Shown here one piece after another: positions 48,974 through 59,156 of a DNA stretch of 64,000 nucleotides. Positions within the stretch are counted from its first letter, which is position 1, and each line of letters begins with the position of its first letter. The notes beneath the pieces are model-generated. The model was not told where the DNA came from. It saw nothing but the letters and a program-made list of their open reading frames with translations, and did not search any database. The position numbers were made by a program, and so were the translations under genes. The DNA is from a virus, in IMG/VR virus record IMGVR_UViG_3300023184_000048, positions 1 through 64,000 of that record; one strand, given 5' to 3'.

Positions 48974-50941
48974 ATGGATGAAGTTATCCTTAAATTATTA
49001 GGCTTATTGGAACAACTCGTAGAAGAGAAAGGTGTTCCAAAGACTGATAATTTGGCTGATAAGAACATTGTTAACAATGAGGATAATCAGAAGGGTAAAT
49101 CTGCTGGACTAACGAACATTGAAAAGAAAAGACTTGAGCAATCTTTTACAATTTTCAACAAGTTGTTTTTTGAATATCAAAAGAAAGTAATGCCTGATGA
49201 AAAGGAGAAAACATTAGTTCAGGATATCGCGAAGAAACAAAACACAACAGTAATACCAGCAGAACAATATCAAGAGAAGAAAGGTTCTGGTATGTTATCA
49301 ATGCTTTTAGGTGGATTGGCTTTATTAGGAGCATCTGTTGGAGGCATCATAGCTTCATTATCTGGGTTCTTTGGTGATGCTGGTAGTAAAGTGTTGGAGG
49401 CTGTTGGCAAACTTGGCTTTATGGGAGCACTGAAAATGCTGAGTAAAACAATCCTCAAAAAATTATCTTTAAAAGTTTTGAAGAGATTGCCATTCATTGG
49501 TGGTATCATAGGATTGTATTTTGCTTACGATGCTTTCAAGCAAGGTAATATTTTTAAAGGTGTTGCTGAATTGATATCTGCATTACTTAATTTTGTTCCC
49601 GGTATTGGTCCTATATTGTCCATAGGAGCAGATTTGTTGATTGCTTGGGCTGATAGTAAGGGAATGTTCTCCGAAGGTGGTTCATTGAGTCCTGAGAACG
49701 GTTGGAATACGATTAAGGGTTGGGTTAGTAGTATTGGTAAGGTTATTTCTGATAATGCTTTATATCTTCCAATCATTGGAACATTTATGAGATTTGGAAT
49801 GGCTATTGATTCATTCAAATCTGGAAATATCGGAGAAGGCTTGAAACAAGTTGGTCTTGGACTATTTACATTGATTCCGGGTGGTGGATTATTGATCAAA
49901 GGTATTGAAGTCCTTTCAGGATTTCTAAACTCTGATAAATCACCAGAACCTAATATTACTGCTGATAGTTCTTGGGGTGAAAGAATCATGGGTTGGATCA
50001 GATCCAAGTTAAAAGACCTTCCATGGTTTATCAAAAAGCCATTAGCATGGTTTGGTATTATTTCTGATGATCAGGTCGGTGAACCTTCTGGAATGTGGAA
50101 TAGTGTCACTGATGGTGTTAAAAAAGGATTTGAAAGCACTAAGCAATTTGTTGGTGGTATTTGGGATAAAGTTAAAGGACCAATGGGTGATGCTGTTGGT
50201 GTCATAGGTGAATTTGCTACTGATGCTTGGACCAACACTAAAGAATATGCTTCACAAGCATGGGACATGGTTAAGGAGCAGGCACCGAAGATTTGGGACT
50301 CTATCAAGAACACTTCAAAAGAAGCTTGGGACTTGGTTGCTGAATATGCGCCGAAGGCTTGGAACTCTGTTAAAGAAGTATCATCTAAAGCTTGGGAGGT
50401 TACTAAACAGGCTGGATCATGGTTTGCTGATACGATAAGTGAAATGGCAACCAAGACAAAAAATCTAATCAATGATTGGATACCCGGAATTGTGAATGTT
50501 ATATCTGGTATTGCTGATGGAGCTATGAACGTTCTCAAGAGTATTGCTGATAAGATTGGTGGCTGGATTGCTGGTCTATTTTCATCTGATGACCAAAGCA
50601 AATTAAAAGAAGTCACCAAACAAGCTTCGGAAAAACAAAAATTGATAGCTGATACATCTTTGTCCAATATGAATATAGAGAATCTGGTGAAGGGTTCAAT
50701 TATTCAAAATAATTGGATGGAGAATCTACACAAGGCATCTCTTGAACAAGTTAGACTTCTCGGTAATCTTGTTAATATCGGATCAAGCTCATTACAAGAG
50801 TTGAAGAGAATATCTGGTAATAATTCTGGAGGTGGAACTACAATCATTCAACAATCATCCAATCAATCGGAAAAAACTCCATTAATTCCAGTTGGGAATA
50901 ATAGAGGAGGCTTCAGTTCTAGCTCATATGCGCTTTCTTAA
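48974..50941 (+). CDS. Tape-measure/hub-like protein (gp29 position)
   Basis: Hydrophobic Gly-rich helices plus roughly 11-aa periodic Trp repeats ('AWDMVKE', 'AWDLVAE', 'AWNSVKE', 'AWEVTKQ'). Confidence 0.7.
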   Translation: MDEVILKLLGLLEQLVEEKGVPKTDNLADKNIVNNEDNQKGKSAGLTNIEKKRLEQSFTIFNKLFFEYQKKVMPDEKEKTLVQDIAKKQNTTVIPAEQYQEKKGSGMLSMLLGGLALLGASVGGIIASLSGFFGDAGSKVLEAVGKLGFMGALKMLSKTILKKLSLKVLKRLPFIGGIIGLYFAYDAFKQGNIFKGVAELISALLNFVPGIGPILSIGADLLIAWADSKGMFSEGGSLSPENGWNTIKGWVSSIGKVISDNALYLPIIGTFMRFGMAIDSFKSGNIGEGLKQVGLGLFTLIPGGGLLIKGIEVLSGFLNSDKSPEPNITADSSWGERIMGWIRSKLKDLPWFIKKPLAWFGIISDDQVGEPSGMWNSVTDGVKKGFESTKQFVGGIWDKVKGPMGDAVGVIGEFATDAWTNTKEYASQAWDMVKEQAPKIWDSIKNTSKEAWDLVAEYAPKAWNSVKEVSSKAWEVTKQAGSWFADTISEMATKTKNLINDWIPGIVNVISGIADGAMNVLKSIADKIGGWIAGLFSSDDQSKLKEVTKQASEKQKLIADTSLSNMNIENLVKGSIIQNNWMENLHKASLEQVRLLGNLVNIGSSSLQELKRISGNNSGGGTTIIQQSSNQSEKTPLIPVGNNRGGFSSSSYALS

Positions 50942-50949
50942 ATAATTAC

Positions 50950-51801
50950 ATGGCAAAATATGATGTAGTTAAAGATTATGATTGGACAAGTGCTCCAAGA
51001 GGATCTGCTATTCGCAAAAAAGCCCCAAGAGTTTGGGTGAAGTCATATCAATTAAAATCTAATCAAATTCTTCAAATGATTGAAGGATATACAAATATTA
51101 AAGATGGTGTTGGTGGAGATGCAAAATCTTTTTATGATAAGATGTATGCTAAAGCTACTTCACCAGAAGATGATTTCAATTTTCCATTTTTTAATGATAA
51201 TGTCAGATCATTTAGTAATACTTTCGGTGATACTTTCCAAGATGGATTTGGTGGCGGTGGTGGTATAGGGACTACTGCTAATGAATTGATGAAATCTGCA
51301 TTAGGGACATCTGCTCAAGTAGCAGGAGTTGTAGGTGTTGATAATGGCATAGCAGCAGCCAAACAAGCTTTAGGTGGAGATTTTTCAGGTGCAATCAATA
51401 CTATTGTTGGGGGAGTTAAGTCTGGTGGCGATCCCGGAACATATATCGAAACTCCTATGTTTTATCAATTTGAAAAAAATGATGGACCTCTTGAAGTATC
51501 TTTCATGTTATCAAATACTATAAATGATGATTATGATAAAAATTTAAAATTGGTTCAATATCTCACAAGAATTAATAGACCATTGAGAAAAAATAGTATT
51601 GCAGTAGATCCTCCTAGAATTTTCCAAGTTAAAGTCCCCGGACATCGATTTATCAAATGGGCATCATGTGAAAGTTTTAGTGTTAGTTTTGTTGGAACAA
51701 GAAGACTTATCGATGATAAAATTATTCCAGAAGGATTTCAAATTTCTATGAGTTTCAAAAGTTTGACGTTAGAACATTCAGGTTTTATGGACCTCGTTTA
51801 A
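50950..51801 (+). CDS. Baseplate tail tube cap gp48-like
   Basis: 'YIETPMFYQF', 'VSFMLSNT', 'PPRIFQV', 'ISMSFKSLT'. Confidence 0.6.
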   Translation: MAKYDVVKDYDWTSAPRGSAIRKKAPRVWVKSYQLKSNQILQMIEGYTNIKDGVGGDAKSFYDKMYAKATSPEDDFNFPFFNDNVRSFSNTFGDTFQDGFGGGGGIGTTANELMKSALGTSAQVAGVVGVDNGIAAAKQALGGDFSGAINTIVGGVKSGGDPGTYIETPMFYQFEKNDGPLEVSFMLSNTINDDYDKNLKLVQYLTRINRPLRKNSIAVDPPRIFQVKVPGHRFIKWASCESFSVSFVGTRRLIDDKIIPEGFQISMSFKSLTLEHSGFMDLV

Positions 51802-51809
51802 TCAATTAT

Positions 51810-52211
51810 ATGAGCATCATCACAGGACAATACCAAAACGAAATTCCTTCTTTATCTGCATTACAGATTCAGAATTATGAAAGAATTTTCAAAGTATTCC
51901 AAGAATCAGTAAACAATAAAGATTTTTACATTTATAATATTTTGAAAAGAATTGATTTTCCTGAAATTGATTCACAATATATTGAATATTATAATGTTGA
52001 AAGTAAAATGGCTTTGACAATACTTTCTTATAAAATTTATGAAGATATTCAAAGTTGGTGGATATTATATCTTTTGAATAAAGATAAATTTGAAGGTGCT
52101 CCATTTTATGTGAATGGCGGAACTCAAATCAAGTATATTTCTGATTCAGTGAGAACAGCAATTTATACTGATATAACCAATTCTACAGTTTACGGAGGAA
52201 GGCACTACTAA
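51810..52211 (+). CDS. gp53: Baseplate wedge subunit gp53-like
   Basis: 'YERIF', 'LSYKIYEDIQSWWILYLLN' LysM-like motif. Confidence 0.8.
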   Translation: MSIITGQYQNEIPSLSALQIQNYERIFKVFQESVNNKDFYIYNILKRIDFPEIDSQYIEYYNVESKMALTILSYKIYEDIQSWWILYLLNKDKFEGAPFYVNGGTQIKYISDSVRTAIYTDITNSTVYGGRHY

Positions 52212-52219
52212 TTATAATA

Positions 52220-53545
52220 ATGGCTGAAGTTTATAAAATCAATGATATTGAATATGAGGCAGAATTCAAATTATCGAATCCTGACAAACAAGAAGTATCA
52301 TTCACGAAATCAGCCGTAAGAGGCATGACCTTATCAGACAATGTGTTTGATCCATTCATGTCTGGAACTATTTCAATCGCAAACCCTTATGACTTCATTG
52401 AAAAGGATTATTTCCTAAGAGGTGATGGTAGGGATGAATTTTTGATTAAATTCAAGCCAAAAGATTCCAAAGATAAACTTGATAAATTTGAACAGACTTT
52501 TGTAGTTATTGATGATTCGGATATGGTTAATCCCGTGGTCAGATCTGAGAATATCAAAACATTTACACTGGTTGCTAAAGAAGCTATTAAATTTTCTGAT
52601 CAGATTCCTTATGGCAAAGTTTATTCTGGTAAAGTTGGTAAGATTCTAAAAGATATATTCAAAGAAGTTTTAGGAGAAGACAAAGTTGATAAGGATAATT
52701 GGGAAGAGGGAGATTTTATCATTGATTCATACATTCCACCAGCAACATTTAGGTATGTCGATGTTATGCGATATTTCCTTAAGCTTTATTATGCCAAGGA
52801 TGGCGAAATTTATGTGAAAGGGTTTATCAGTCATGATGACGAAACTGATAAGTTTAGACTCGACCTACTTTCTAAAATTTATTCCGAGAATGACAAGAAT
52901 ACAATTGAAGCATTTGCTTTGGGTGACTTGACGGATAAGATTGATACAAATAATCCAAATAATCCTCAATCTGGTCCTCCAGTTGGTGAGTATATCGGCG
53001 CAATGAAAAACTTAGGATATTCCACACCATTTTATGGATGGACTTCTGATTATTTTATTAATAGTCTTGTTTTTGGTTATGATCAGATTCTTGGTGAACA
53101 TAAGATTCTTAAGATTAAATTTGAAGATATTAAGAAAAAATGGCAAACAAAATTCGTAGATGTGTTTAAGAGTATTTCGGGAGCACCAAAACCATTTGCT
53201 ATCAAGAATAATTCTACTGATGAAAAGTTCAAAAGATATAAATTTCCTTATCCGGTGGAGGATGGTGTGAAAATGGTCGAGGCTGATATTCATAATGCTT
53301 TGACATTCTACAACTTGCAAGCATCCTTCTCAAATATTGGAAGCACTTTGAGAAGATCTGGAAAATTTGTGGACATTTTCTCGACAAGAGGTGAACAACA
53401 CCTTAAAAGTGATGAGAAGATCCTTGGGAGGTGGTATGTCACCGAAGTTCGACACATTTTCTTTGCTGATCTTTACACCAACCAATTATTCTGTTGTAAG
53501 ACTTACGTAGGCCCAAATAATCTTTTGAATCATGAGGTCGATTGA
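52220..53545 (+). CDS. Baseplate hub protein (gp27-like)
   Basis: 'SDNVFDPFMSGTI.I', 'RSGKFVDI', 'GRWYVTEVRHIF'. Confidence 0.65.
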   Translation: MAEVYKINDIEYEAEFKLSNPDKQEVSFTKSAVRGMTLSDNVFDPFMSGTISIANPYDFIEKDYFLRGDGRDEFLIKFKPKDSKDKLDKFEQTFVVIDDSDMVNPVVRSENIKTFTLVAKEAIKFSDQIPYGKVYSGKVGKILKDIFKEVLGEDKVDKDNWEEGDFIIDSYIPPATFRYVDVMRYFLKLYYAKDGEIYVKGFISHDDETDKFRLDLLSKIYSENDKNTIEAFALGDLTDKIDTNNPNNPQSGPPVGEYIGAMKNLGYSTPFYGWTSDYFINSLVFGYDQILGEHKILKIKFEDIKKKWQTKFVDVFKSISGAPKPFAIKNNSTDEKFKRYKFPYPVEDGVKMVEADIHNALTFYNLQASFSNIGSTLRRSGKFVDIFSTRGEQHLKSDEKILGRWYVTEVRHIFFADLYTNQLFCCKTYVGPNNLLNHEVD

Positions 53546-53569
53546 CTTTATTAAAAACTAGAATATCAT
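53542..53569 (+). promoter_or_regulatory. Sigma70-like promoter with conserved ATTAAAAACTAG spacer
   Basis: TTGACT-TTATTAAAAACTAGAA-TATCAT; ATG 6 nt downstream. Confidence 0.75.
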
Positions 53570-53575
53570 CAGGGC

Positions 53576-53932
53576 ATGGGTAAAATTAAATTCAGAGCTT
53601 GGACTGGTGAGAGATTCGTGGATGAAGATTATTTCTATATAAGATATGGAAAGGTTTACACGATTACAGAATTTGATGGACTGGTCGATAAAAAATGGAT
53701 TCCTCAACAATACACTGGATTAAAAGATCTTAATAAAAAGGAGATTTATGAGGGTGATGTTTTCGAAGGGTCTACTTATAAATGGGAAGCTGTAGAATTC
53801 AAAGATGGTAGGTTCCAAGTCAACCTCATGGGGGCTAGAGTATATTCTTTGGAAGAGTTGTGTTGTGATATGGATCATATGCCACCAACAGTGATTGGGA
53901 ATATTTTCGAAAATCCTGAGCTTCTTAAATAA
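53576..53932 (+). CDS. yopX: YopX-family protein (copy 2)
   Basis: 'IKFRAW', 'QQYTGLKDLNKKEIYEGD', 'VIGNIFENPELL'. Confidence 0.9.
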   Translation: MGKIKFRAWTGERFVDEDYFYIRYGKVYTITEFDGLVDKKWIPQQYTGLKDLNKKEIYEGDVFEGSTYKWEAVEFKDGRFQVNLMGARVYSLEELCCDMDHMPPTVIGNIFENPELLK

Positions 53933-53937
53933 TATAA

Positions 53938-54402
53938 GTGCTTCCTTTTAACAAAACATTCAATGATCTGATTTTGGAATATGCTCCAACCATGACATTG
54001 ACAACTGATCAATATTACTCAGAATTGAGTAATTATCTTGGACAGTTTGGAATGCATCTTGGTGAGAATAAATTCAATCCTGATTTAGATTATGTGAATC
54101 GTAAACAGATGGGAATTTATAAAGGTAAAGATCAAATCGGTAAAATTGAATTAAGAGTCATCAAAAATGTTTTAGTCCTTGATCATATTAAAAGTTATGG
54201 AAATTATTATAAAGAAAAGTTTGGACTGGTTGGAAAGATCTACCCATTCCATTATCAGATGGCTCTACTTCACAATCTTACAGTTAAATCGAATGCTGTG
54301 AATGATATTACTTATAATGCTTTCCTAAAAACATTTAAAGATTTCCAGATTAATAAAAAAGGCGCAAAATTAACAGCAATTCCGATAAACGATGAAATAT
54401 AA
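53938..54402 (+). CDS. Candidate internal head protein, possibly GNAT-like fold
   Basis: GTG start with TAAATA 6 nt upstream; 'FNDLILE' leader. Confidence 0.5.
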   Translation: MLPFNKTFNDLILEYAPTMTLTTDQYYSELSNYLGQFGMHLGENKFNPDLDYVNRKQMGIYKGKDQIGKIELRVIKNVLVLDHIKSYGNYYKEKFGLVGKIYPFHYQMALLHNLTVKSNAVNDITYNAFLKTFKDFQINKKGAKLTAIPINDEI

Positions 54403-54404
54403 AA

Positions 54405-54656
54405 ATGAATGATAAACAAAGAGAGAAGAGACATAAAAAGAATCAAAAGTCCAAACTCAAAAAGAAACTATTGAAGGAGATTAGACTTGATAAGTTTATT
54501 TTATGTTGTAGGCATAATTTGGTGGAATGGGGTTGCGACTGCTTCGCTGGGTGTGATTCCTGTGATTATGATAAACAATGTTCAAAGTGTCAAAGTCTTT
54601 ACAGCCCATCAGATCGGGTAAACTTCTTAAATATTCTTTGTGATAAACACCATTGA
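54405..54656 (+). CDS. Small Cys-rich hypothetical protein
   Basis: Multiple CxxC; basic N-terminus. Confidence 0.5.
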   Translation: MNDKQREKRHKKNQKSKLKKKLLKEIRLDKFILCCRHNLVEWGCDCFAGCDSCDYDKQCSKCQSLYSPSDRVNFLNILCDKHH

Positions 54657-55560
54657 AATCCTCAGATCTATCCTTTTTACCAAGGAGGATTTAGCTGATA
54701 TCACAAATCTTGGTGATACTTTTTCCGATAAAGATATCGAGTTCATGATCGAGTTCAAAAAGATTTATGAACTTGGTTTGGGGCAACTCAAAAAATTTTT
54801 AACAAAGCTTGATGAGGAGGGAAAAGACCTTGATACATATTCGATTCTTTATTATGTAGATATTCTGAATAATGGCCCTCTTGGATCATATGTAAGAGAA
54901 TACACCAAAGATAAAAAGTATTTCAATAATACACCAGATACTTTGGGGATAAACGGTAACAATAACTATTCTCCAATGAACATAGCAATGATTGGTGATC
55001 AATCTTATTCATTAGGATGTCATAATGATACCTATAATAAATTGCCTAAATTTATCCAAGATGGGTTGAAAACAGCAGTATCAAAGACTGAAGATTTATT
55101 TAGAAGTTGTGTGAAGAGTTCCACAGTGGTAGATAACACTTTACCACTCGTTGACAAAGATGCACAATCAAGATCTGACCTAGAATCTAAAGGAGAATGG
55201 GTGAAAAAATCAATAGGTTCTTATTGTGTAAAAGATTCTTTTTATTATTTGGCGATTAAGAAGATCAATCAACAGATCTATGATAAGGTCAAAGAAGAAT
55301 TGGGTGAAGAAGATTTCAGAGTGTTCTCAGATAAGAAAAAATACGATCCATTCTCCTCTGAACAAAATGAATCAACATCAACCAATACGAAAATTGAAAA
55401 GAATTTTATTGATGGTGAAGACACTCAAAAGATTACTTTAGATCTTCTTGGTGATGTATTTGATTCTGAGGAGAAACGTAAGGCAAGTTTGAAAATTTCA
55501 AATGTTTCTAAAGACAAGTATTATAAATTGAACTCAAATGAGGGTGTTCTCGGAGTTTGA
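54640..55560 (+). CDS. Hypothetical late protein (GTG start)
   Basis: 306 aa; TAAATA 6 nt upstream, embedded in the previous gene. Confidence 0.6.
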   Translation: MINTIEILRSILFTKEDLADITNLGDTFSDKDIEFMIEFKKIYELGLGQLKKFLTKLDEEGKDLDTYSILYYVDILNNGPLGSYVREYTKDKKYFNNTPDTLGINGNNNYSPMNIAMIGDQSYSLGCHNDTYNKLPKFIQDGLKTAVSKTEDLFRSCVKSSTVVDNTLPLVDKDAQSRSDLESKGEWVKKSIGSYCVKDSFYYLAIKKINQQIYDKVKEELGEEDFRVFSDKKKYDPFSSEQNESTSTNTKIEKNFIDGEDTQKITLDLLGDVFDSEEKRKASLKISNVSKDKYYKLNSNEGVLGV

Positions 55561-55564
55561 GTTC

Positions 55565-55592
55565 TTGACATTATTAAAAACTAGTTTATAAT
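55565..55592 (+). promoter_or_regulatory. Sigma70-like promoter with conserved ATTAAAAACTAG spacer
   Basis: TTGACA-TTATTAAAAACTAGTT-TATAAT. Confidence 0.8.
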
Positions 55593-55616
55593 TTGTCTTC
55601 TTGATAAAATAATACT

Positions 55617-56264
55617 ATGCCATATCTAAATCATAACATTCCAACAATCACTTGTTTGATGAGAAACCAATTTCTTTTCAATCATGAAAGTGGGTTCGGT
55701 GAATATACGCCATGCGATGTTCATAGTGTCGCATCAATCGAAAAAAGAGTTCCATTATTCGAAGCTTTTTTAACCAATGGGGTCAATTGGACAAGACGAC
55801 CAATCACAGCATTTTGTTGGAAAGAGTGTGATCCCGTGCCGTTACATCGTGCCATGTATTGGGATTGCTTTAGTCCATATATCGATGTCCAGATAAGAAC
55901 AAGATTAAAAGGTCTTAGAGCCAAACTGATTACACCAGATGGAGATAAAGAATGGGGTGAATATATGTTTACTCTTGATTGGGGTTGGGAGAATAAATCC
56001 ATTCTTGATACAAATTTTTCTGAAACACCAGAACATAAATGCGCCCATTTATTTAAAATGGATAATGGAAATTTTTATGCTTATCCCAATAATAGAATTA
56101 TCTGGCATGATAAAGCGTGGACCGACATCTTACTTGATAAAAATCCGGGTTACAGAATTGATATGAATGTGTATAGTGTAGAAAACAATTGTTTGCAAAA
56201 TACCGATTATAGTTATATGACTGAGTTCACCTCTCCAAAAAATTTAGAACTTAAACGTCAATAG
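55617..56264 (+). CDS. Conserved hypothetical phage protein
   Basis: 'MPYLNHNIP', 'R.PITAF', 'WDCFS', 'Y.FTLDW', 'EHKCAH', 'GNFYAYPNNRIIW', a pattern typical of aquatic phage proteins of unknown function. Confidence 0.7.
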   Translation: MPYLNHNIPTITCLMRNQFLFNHESGFGEYTPCDVHSVASIEKRVPLFEAFLTNGVNWTRRPITAFCWKECDPVPLHRAMYWDCFSPYIDVQIRTRLKGLRAKLITPDGDKEWGEYMFTLDWGWENKSILDTNFSETPEHKCAHLFKMDNGNFYAYPNNRIIWHDKAWTDILLDKNPGYRIDMNVYSVENNCLQNTDYSYMTEFTSPKNLELKRQ

Positions 56265-56751
56265 CCGAAATCTTCTCAACTTCTTTTTCATCAACTTTAC
56301 TTCTCTTAAACATCTCCTTGAGAAGATCTTCTCTGGAAATGAATAATCCTGACTTATTACCAAGTAATTCATTTTCATTATCAGAAACTTTAGCTTCGAT
56401 TCTCATTTGCTCGATTTCCTTCTTGGTTTTATTTGAATTATCAGCAAGTTGAATCTTGGATAAAGTGTTGACAGCATTGACTAAAGCATTTACGAGAGTT
56501 GCAGTTGATTCAACCATTTTAGAATCTCCTCCAGCTTCTACATCAAGTTTCAAAGATTGAACCATATCCACACAATCATGAATAATCGTTGAAGTTTTTT
56601 GAATAACGAAATCTTCCAGTTCTTCTCTTTTGAGTTCGGGATGATCTTTTTTGACACGATTCAAAGAATTTGATTGATTTTTGATCTGGTTGATGATACT
56701 ATCAACATCACGGTCGAGTTCATCATCAAAGTCATCTTCAGCATTATTCAT
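56251..56751 (-). CDS. Probable terminase small subunit (gp16-like)
   Basis: Helical; 'MVESTATLV...VNTL.KIQ' and C-terminal 'GLFISREDLLK' resemble T4-like gp16; late promoter. Confidence 0.5.
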   Translation of the reverse strand: MNNAEDDFDDELDRDVDSIINQIKNQSNSLNRVKKDHPELKREELEDFVIQKTSTIIHDCVDMVQSLKLDVEAGGDSKMVESTATLVNALVNAVNTLSKIQLADNSNKTKKEIEQMRIEAKVSDNENELLGNKSGLFISREDLLKEMFKRSKVDEKEVEKISAIDV

Positions 56752-56792
56752 AAAAATATTTAATCTAAATATCCTTATATATCAACCCCTAT

Positions 56793-57854
56793 ATGAAAAA
56801 ACTACTTTTATCACTTTTGTTAATTTCACAAATCTACGCTGATGTCACAACATCTGGTATGAAGATTCTACCTAGACAAGATGCTCCGACTGATGGAACT
56901 ATCAAGACTTATGAAGTTTTGAAATCTCCCGATGGAACTAACTGGACTTCGGTTACAAACGGAACTCTTGTGAATGATAAAATCGAGAAAACTATAACCT
57001 TTCCACAAACAACTTCCAGATTCTTTAAATTAAAGGCTTTATCAGAAGCTAATGGAAGTAAAAACTGTGCTATTTCTGAAATCAACCTAGTATTCAATAA
57101 TACTAATTTGGATAGATCAAAATGGGTTGTATCAGCAGATTCAAGCACAGCACAAACTGGTAATAATTGGGGTGTTCCTAATTACGCCATTGATGGAAAT
57201 GTTAATACTTTTTGGATGACTAAGTGGGAGACAGGCGGGACACTTTATCCACATGAATTTATTATTGATACAGGAACTTCCACTGTCACACCACCAGTCA
57301 TTACGAACCCTAATGAATCTGGTCCGATTGTTACATTGACATGGAATCCAAATCCCGAGACAAATATAACAACATATATCGTATCTTGGGGAGAATCTAC
57401 CAAGAATTATACAAAGTCTTTGAATTCCTCAACAACCACTATAACAATTCCCGGATTTGTTGTTGATAAGACTTATTATTTTGTAATTAGAGCAAAGAAT
57501 GATAGAGGATTGGAGAGTTTAAATTCTGATGAATTGGCTGTTAAGATTATCGATAAGAATTTCCCAACAGCACCAATGCCTCCAGAAATTGCAAAGCCTG
57601 AAAGGTTTATTGAAGTCTCTATGACGATCAATAAATTGAATCCTATTTCATTGGGGAAAATTCCTTATCCAGAAATTACAGGACAAAAATATAAAACATT
57701 GATCATCACAGAGAACGATCCAAAGTTCCCATCAACCACAAGATTTGTAAATGTTTTGATGATACTTCCGGGTGAAATTGAATACAAATCTATTGGAAAA
57801 ATTCCATATCCAGTAGTGAAAGGACAGTCCTACACCTCCAAAATCACTAAATAA
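56793..57854 (+). CDS. Secreted protein: signal peptide, circularly permuted discoidin (F5/8 type C, CBM32-like) domain, FN3, C-terminal repeats
   Basis: 'MKKLLLSLLLISQIYA|D'; 'LPRQD...DGTNW...RFFKLKALSE...ISEI' precedes 'LDRSKW...AIDGNVNTFW.T.W...PHEFIIDTG'; FN3 'VTLTWNP...Y.VSWG...YYFVIRAKN'. Confidence 0.8.
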   Translation: MKKLLLSLLLISQIYADVTTSGMKILPRQDAPTDGTIKTYEVLKSPDGTNWTSVTNGTLVNDKIEKTITFPQTTSRFFKLKALSEANGSKNCAISEINLVFNNTNLDRSKWVVSADSSTAQTGNNWGVPNYAIDGNVNTFWMTKWETGGTLYPHEFIIDTGTSTVTPPVITNPNESGPIVTLTWNPNPETNITTYIVSWGESTKNYTKSLNSSTTTITIPGFVVDKTYYFVIRAKNDRGLESLNSDELAVKIIDKNFPTAPMPPEIAKPERFIEVSMTINKLNPISLGKIPYPEITGQKYKTLIITENDPKFPSTTRFVNVLMILPGEIEYKSIGKIPYPVVKGQSYTSKITK

Positions 57855-57861
57855 TTTTATA

Positions 57862-58077
57862 ATGAATTTTAAAGTAAAATATGTCATCAAACCTAATCAT
57901 GTGGAGAAATCCTATGATATTTTTGAGAAAGATTGGAGGGGAGGGTTGACTTTCCACTCCCATCGTGATACTTATGAAGAAGCTCAGGAGGTTGTGGATG
58001 ATTTAAATACCAAACCTTCCAAGATCGAAACTCTAAAATTCCTCAAGGATTTGACGAGTAATCTAAAACAAAAATAA
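57862..58077 (+). CDS. Hypothetical protein
   Basis: 71 aa ORF in an operon. Confidence 0.5.
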   Translation: MNFKVKYVIKPNHVEKSYDIFEKDWRGGLTFHSHRDTYEEAQEVVDDLNTKPSKIETLKFLKDLTSNLKQK

Positions 58078-58079
58078 TT

Positions 58080-59156
58080 ATGGATATCAAAAATCAGGTA
58101 ATAGCCGCAAGACACAATGGAATGACTTATTCTCAAATTTATGATGAATTTGGAATTGCCAAAAGCACAGCCCGAGATTGGTATTCTCGATACATTGAAG
58201 ATTCTTATCAAGAAATTATCAATGACTCAGACACACCTGTTGGTTATGTCAACGACAATTTGCAAAGAGATAAACCTTCCAGATTCAAAAAGACTGAGGA
58301 TGAAGTTCTTGAATTTTTGGCACAATTAGCTCCAATCAAGGTTACGCCAAAATATGAAAATCAATCGACAATTACTTTGAGTGATTATGCTGTTGTTGGG
58401 TCAGATTTCCACTTCGGTTGTCATGATCCAAAAGCGATTGATATTTTCTTGGAAACCATTTTTCAAATTAAACCCAAGACTATTATTCTTAATGGTGATA
58501 CCATGGATTTCTTAGCTATTTCAAAATATCCAAAGGATCTGAAACATAATTGGTCACTTCAAAAAGAGCGTGAAGAGTATCATGCATTCTTGGATGAATT
58601 GATTGGTGTATCTGGTGGTGCTGATATATATGAAACCGTCTCAAATCACTCAGGACAGTCCGTAGGTGGAAGATGGAGGCGTTACCTATCTGATAGAATT
58701 GGAGAGCTTGCTTGCCTACCAGAGATCACAGAAACACTAAGTTATGAGAATGTCTTCATGGGTGATTATAAGAACCGTATTAAGCATGTCGATTATGTTG
58801 ATCTAAATGGTCTAATTGTTACTCATGGTGAAACAGTTAGAAGTGCTGGTGGTGCTTCATGTCTAGCAGAAGTTAATAAATGGGGTGCTAGTATCTTACA
58901 TGGTCATACTCACAGGTTGGGAATGTCGGTAAAAAGAATTCCAGCTATTGGTAATAGAAGTGAACAACAATTATACGGATTTGAATCGGGGTGTCTTTGT
59001 TCATTAGATGCCGCATATGGTAGCGGAATGAACTGGAATCAAGGTTTTAGTATAGTAAGTCTTGATCAGGATGGTCATACTTTTGGGGTCGAGCAAGTTT
59101 CAATTATCGGTGGAGTTTCAAATATTTCAACTTTGGGAAAAACTATCAGAGTCTGA
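58080..59156 (+). CDS. Calcineurin-like metallophosphoesterase with N-terminal HTH
   Basis: 'SDFHFG', 'LNGDTMD', 'SNHS', 'THGE', 'HGHTHR'; N-terminal 'MTYSQI...GIAKSTARDW'. Confidence 0.85.
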   Translation: MDIKNQVIAARHNGMTYSQIYDEFGIAKSTARDWYSRYIEDSYQEIINDSDTPVGYVNDNLQRDKPSRFKKTEDEVLEFLAQLAPIKVTPKYENQSTITLSDYAVVGSDFHFGCHDPKAIDIFLETIFQIKPKTIILNGDTMDFLAISKYPKDLKHNWSLQKEREEYHAFLDELIGVSGGADIYETVSNHSGQSVGGRWRRYLSDRIGELACLPEITETLSYENVFMGDYKNRIKHVDYVDLNGLIVTHGETVRSAGGASCLAEVNKWGASILHGHTHRLGMSVKRIPAIGNRSEQQLYGFESGCLCSLDAAYGSGMNWNQGFSIVSLDQDGHTFGVEQVSIIGGVSNISTLGKTIRV

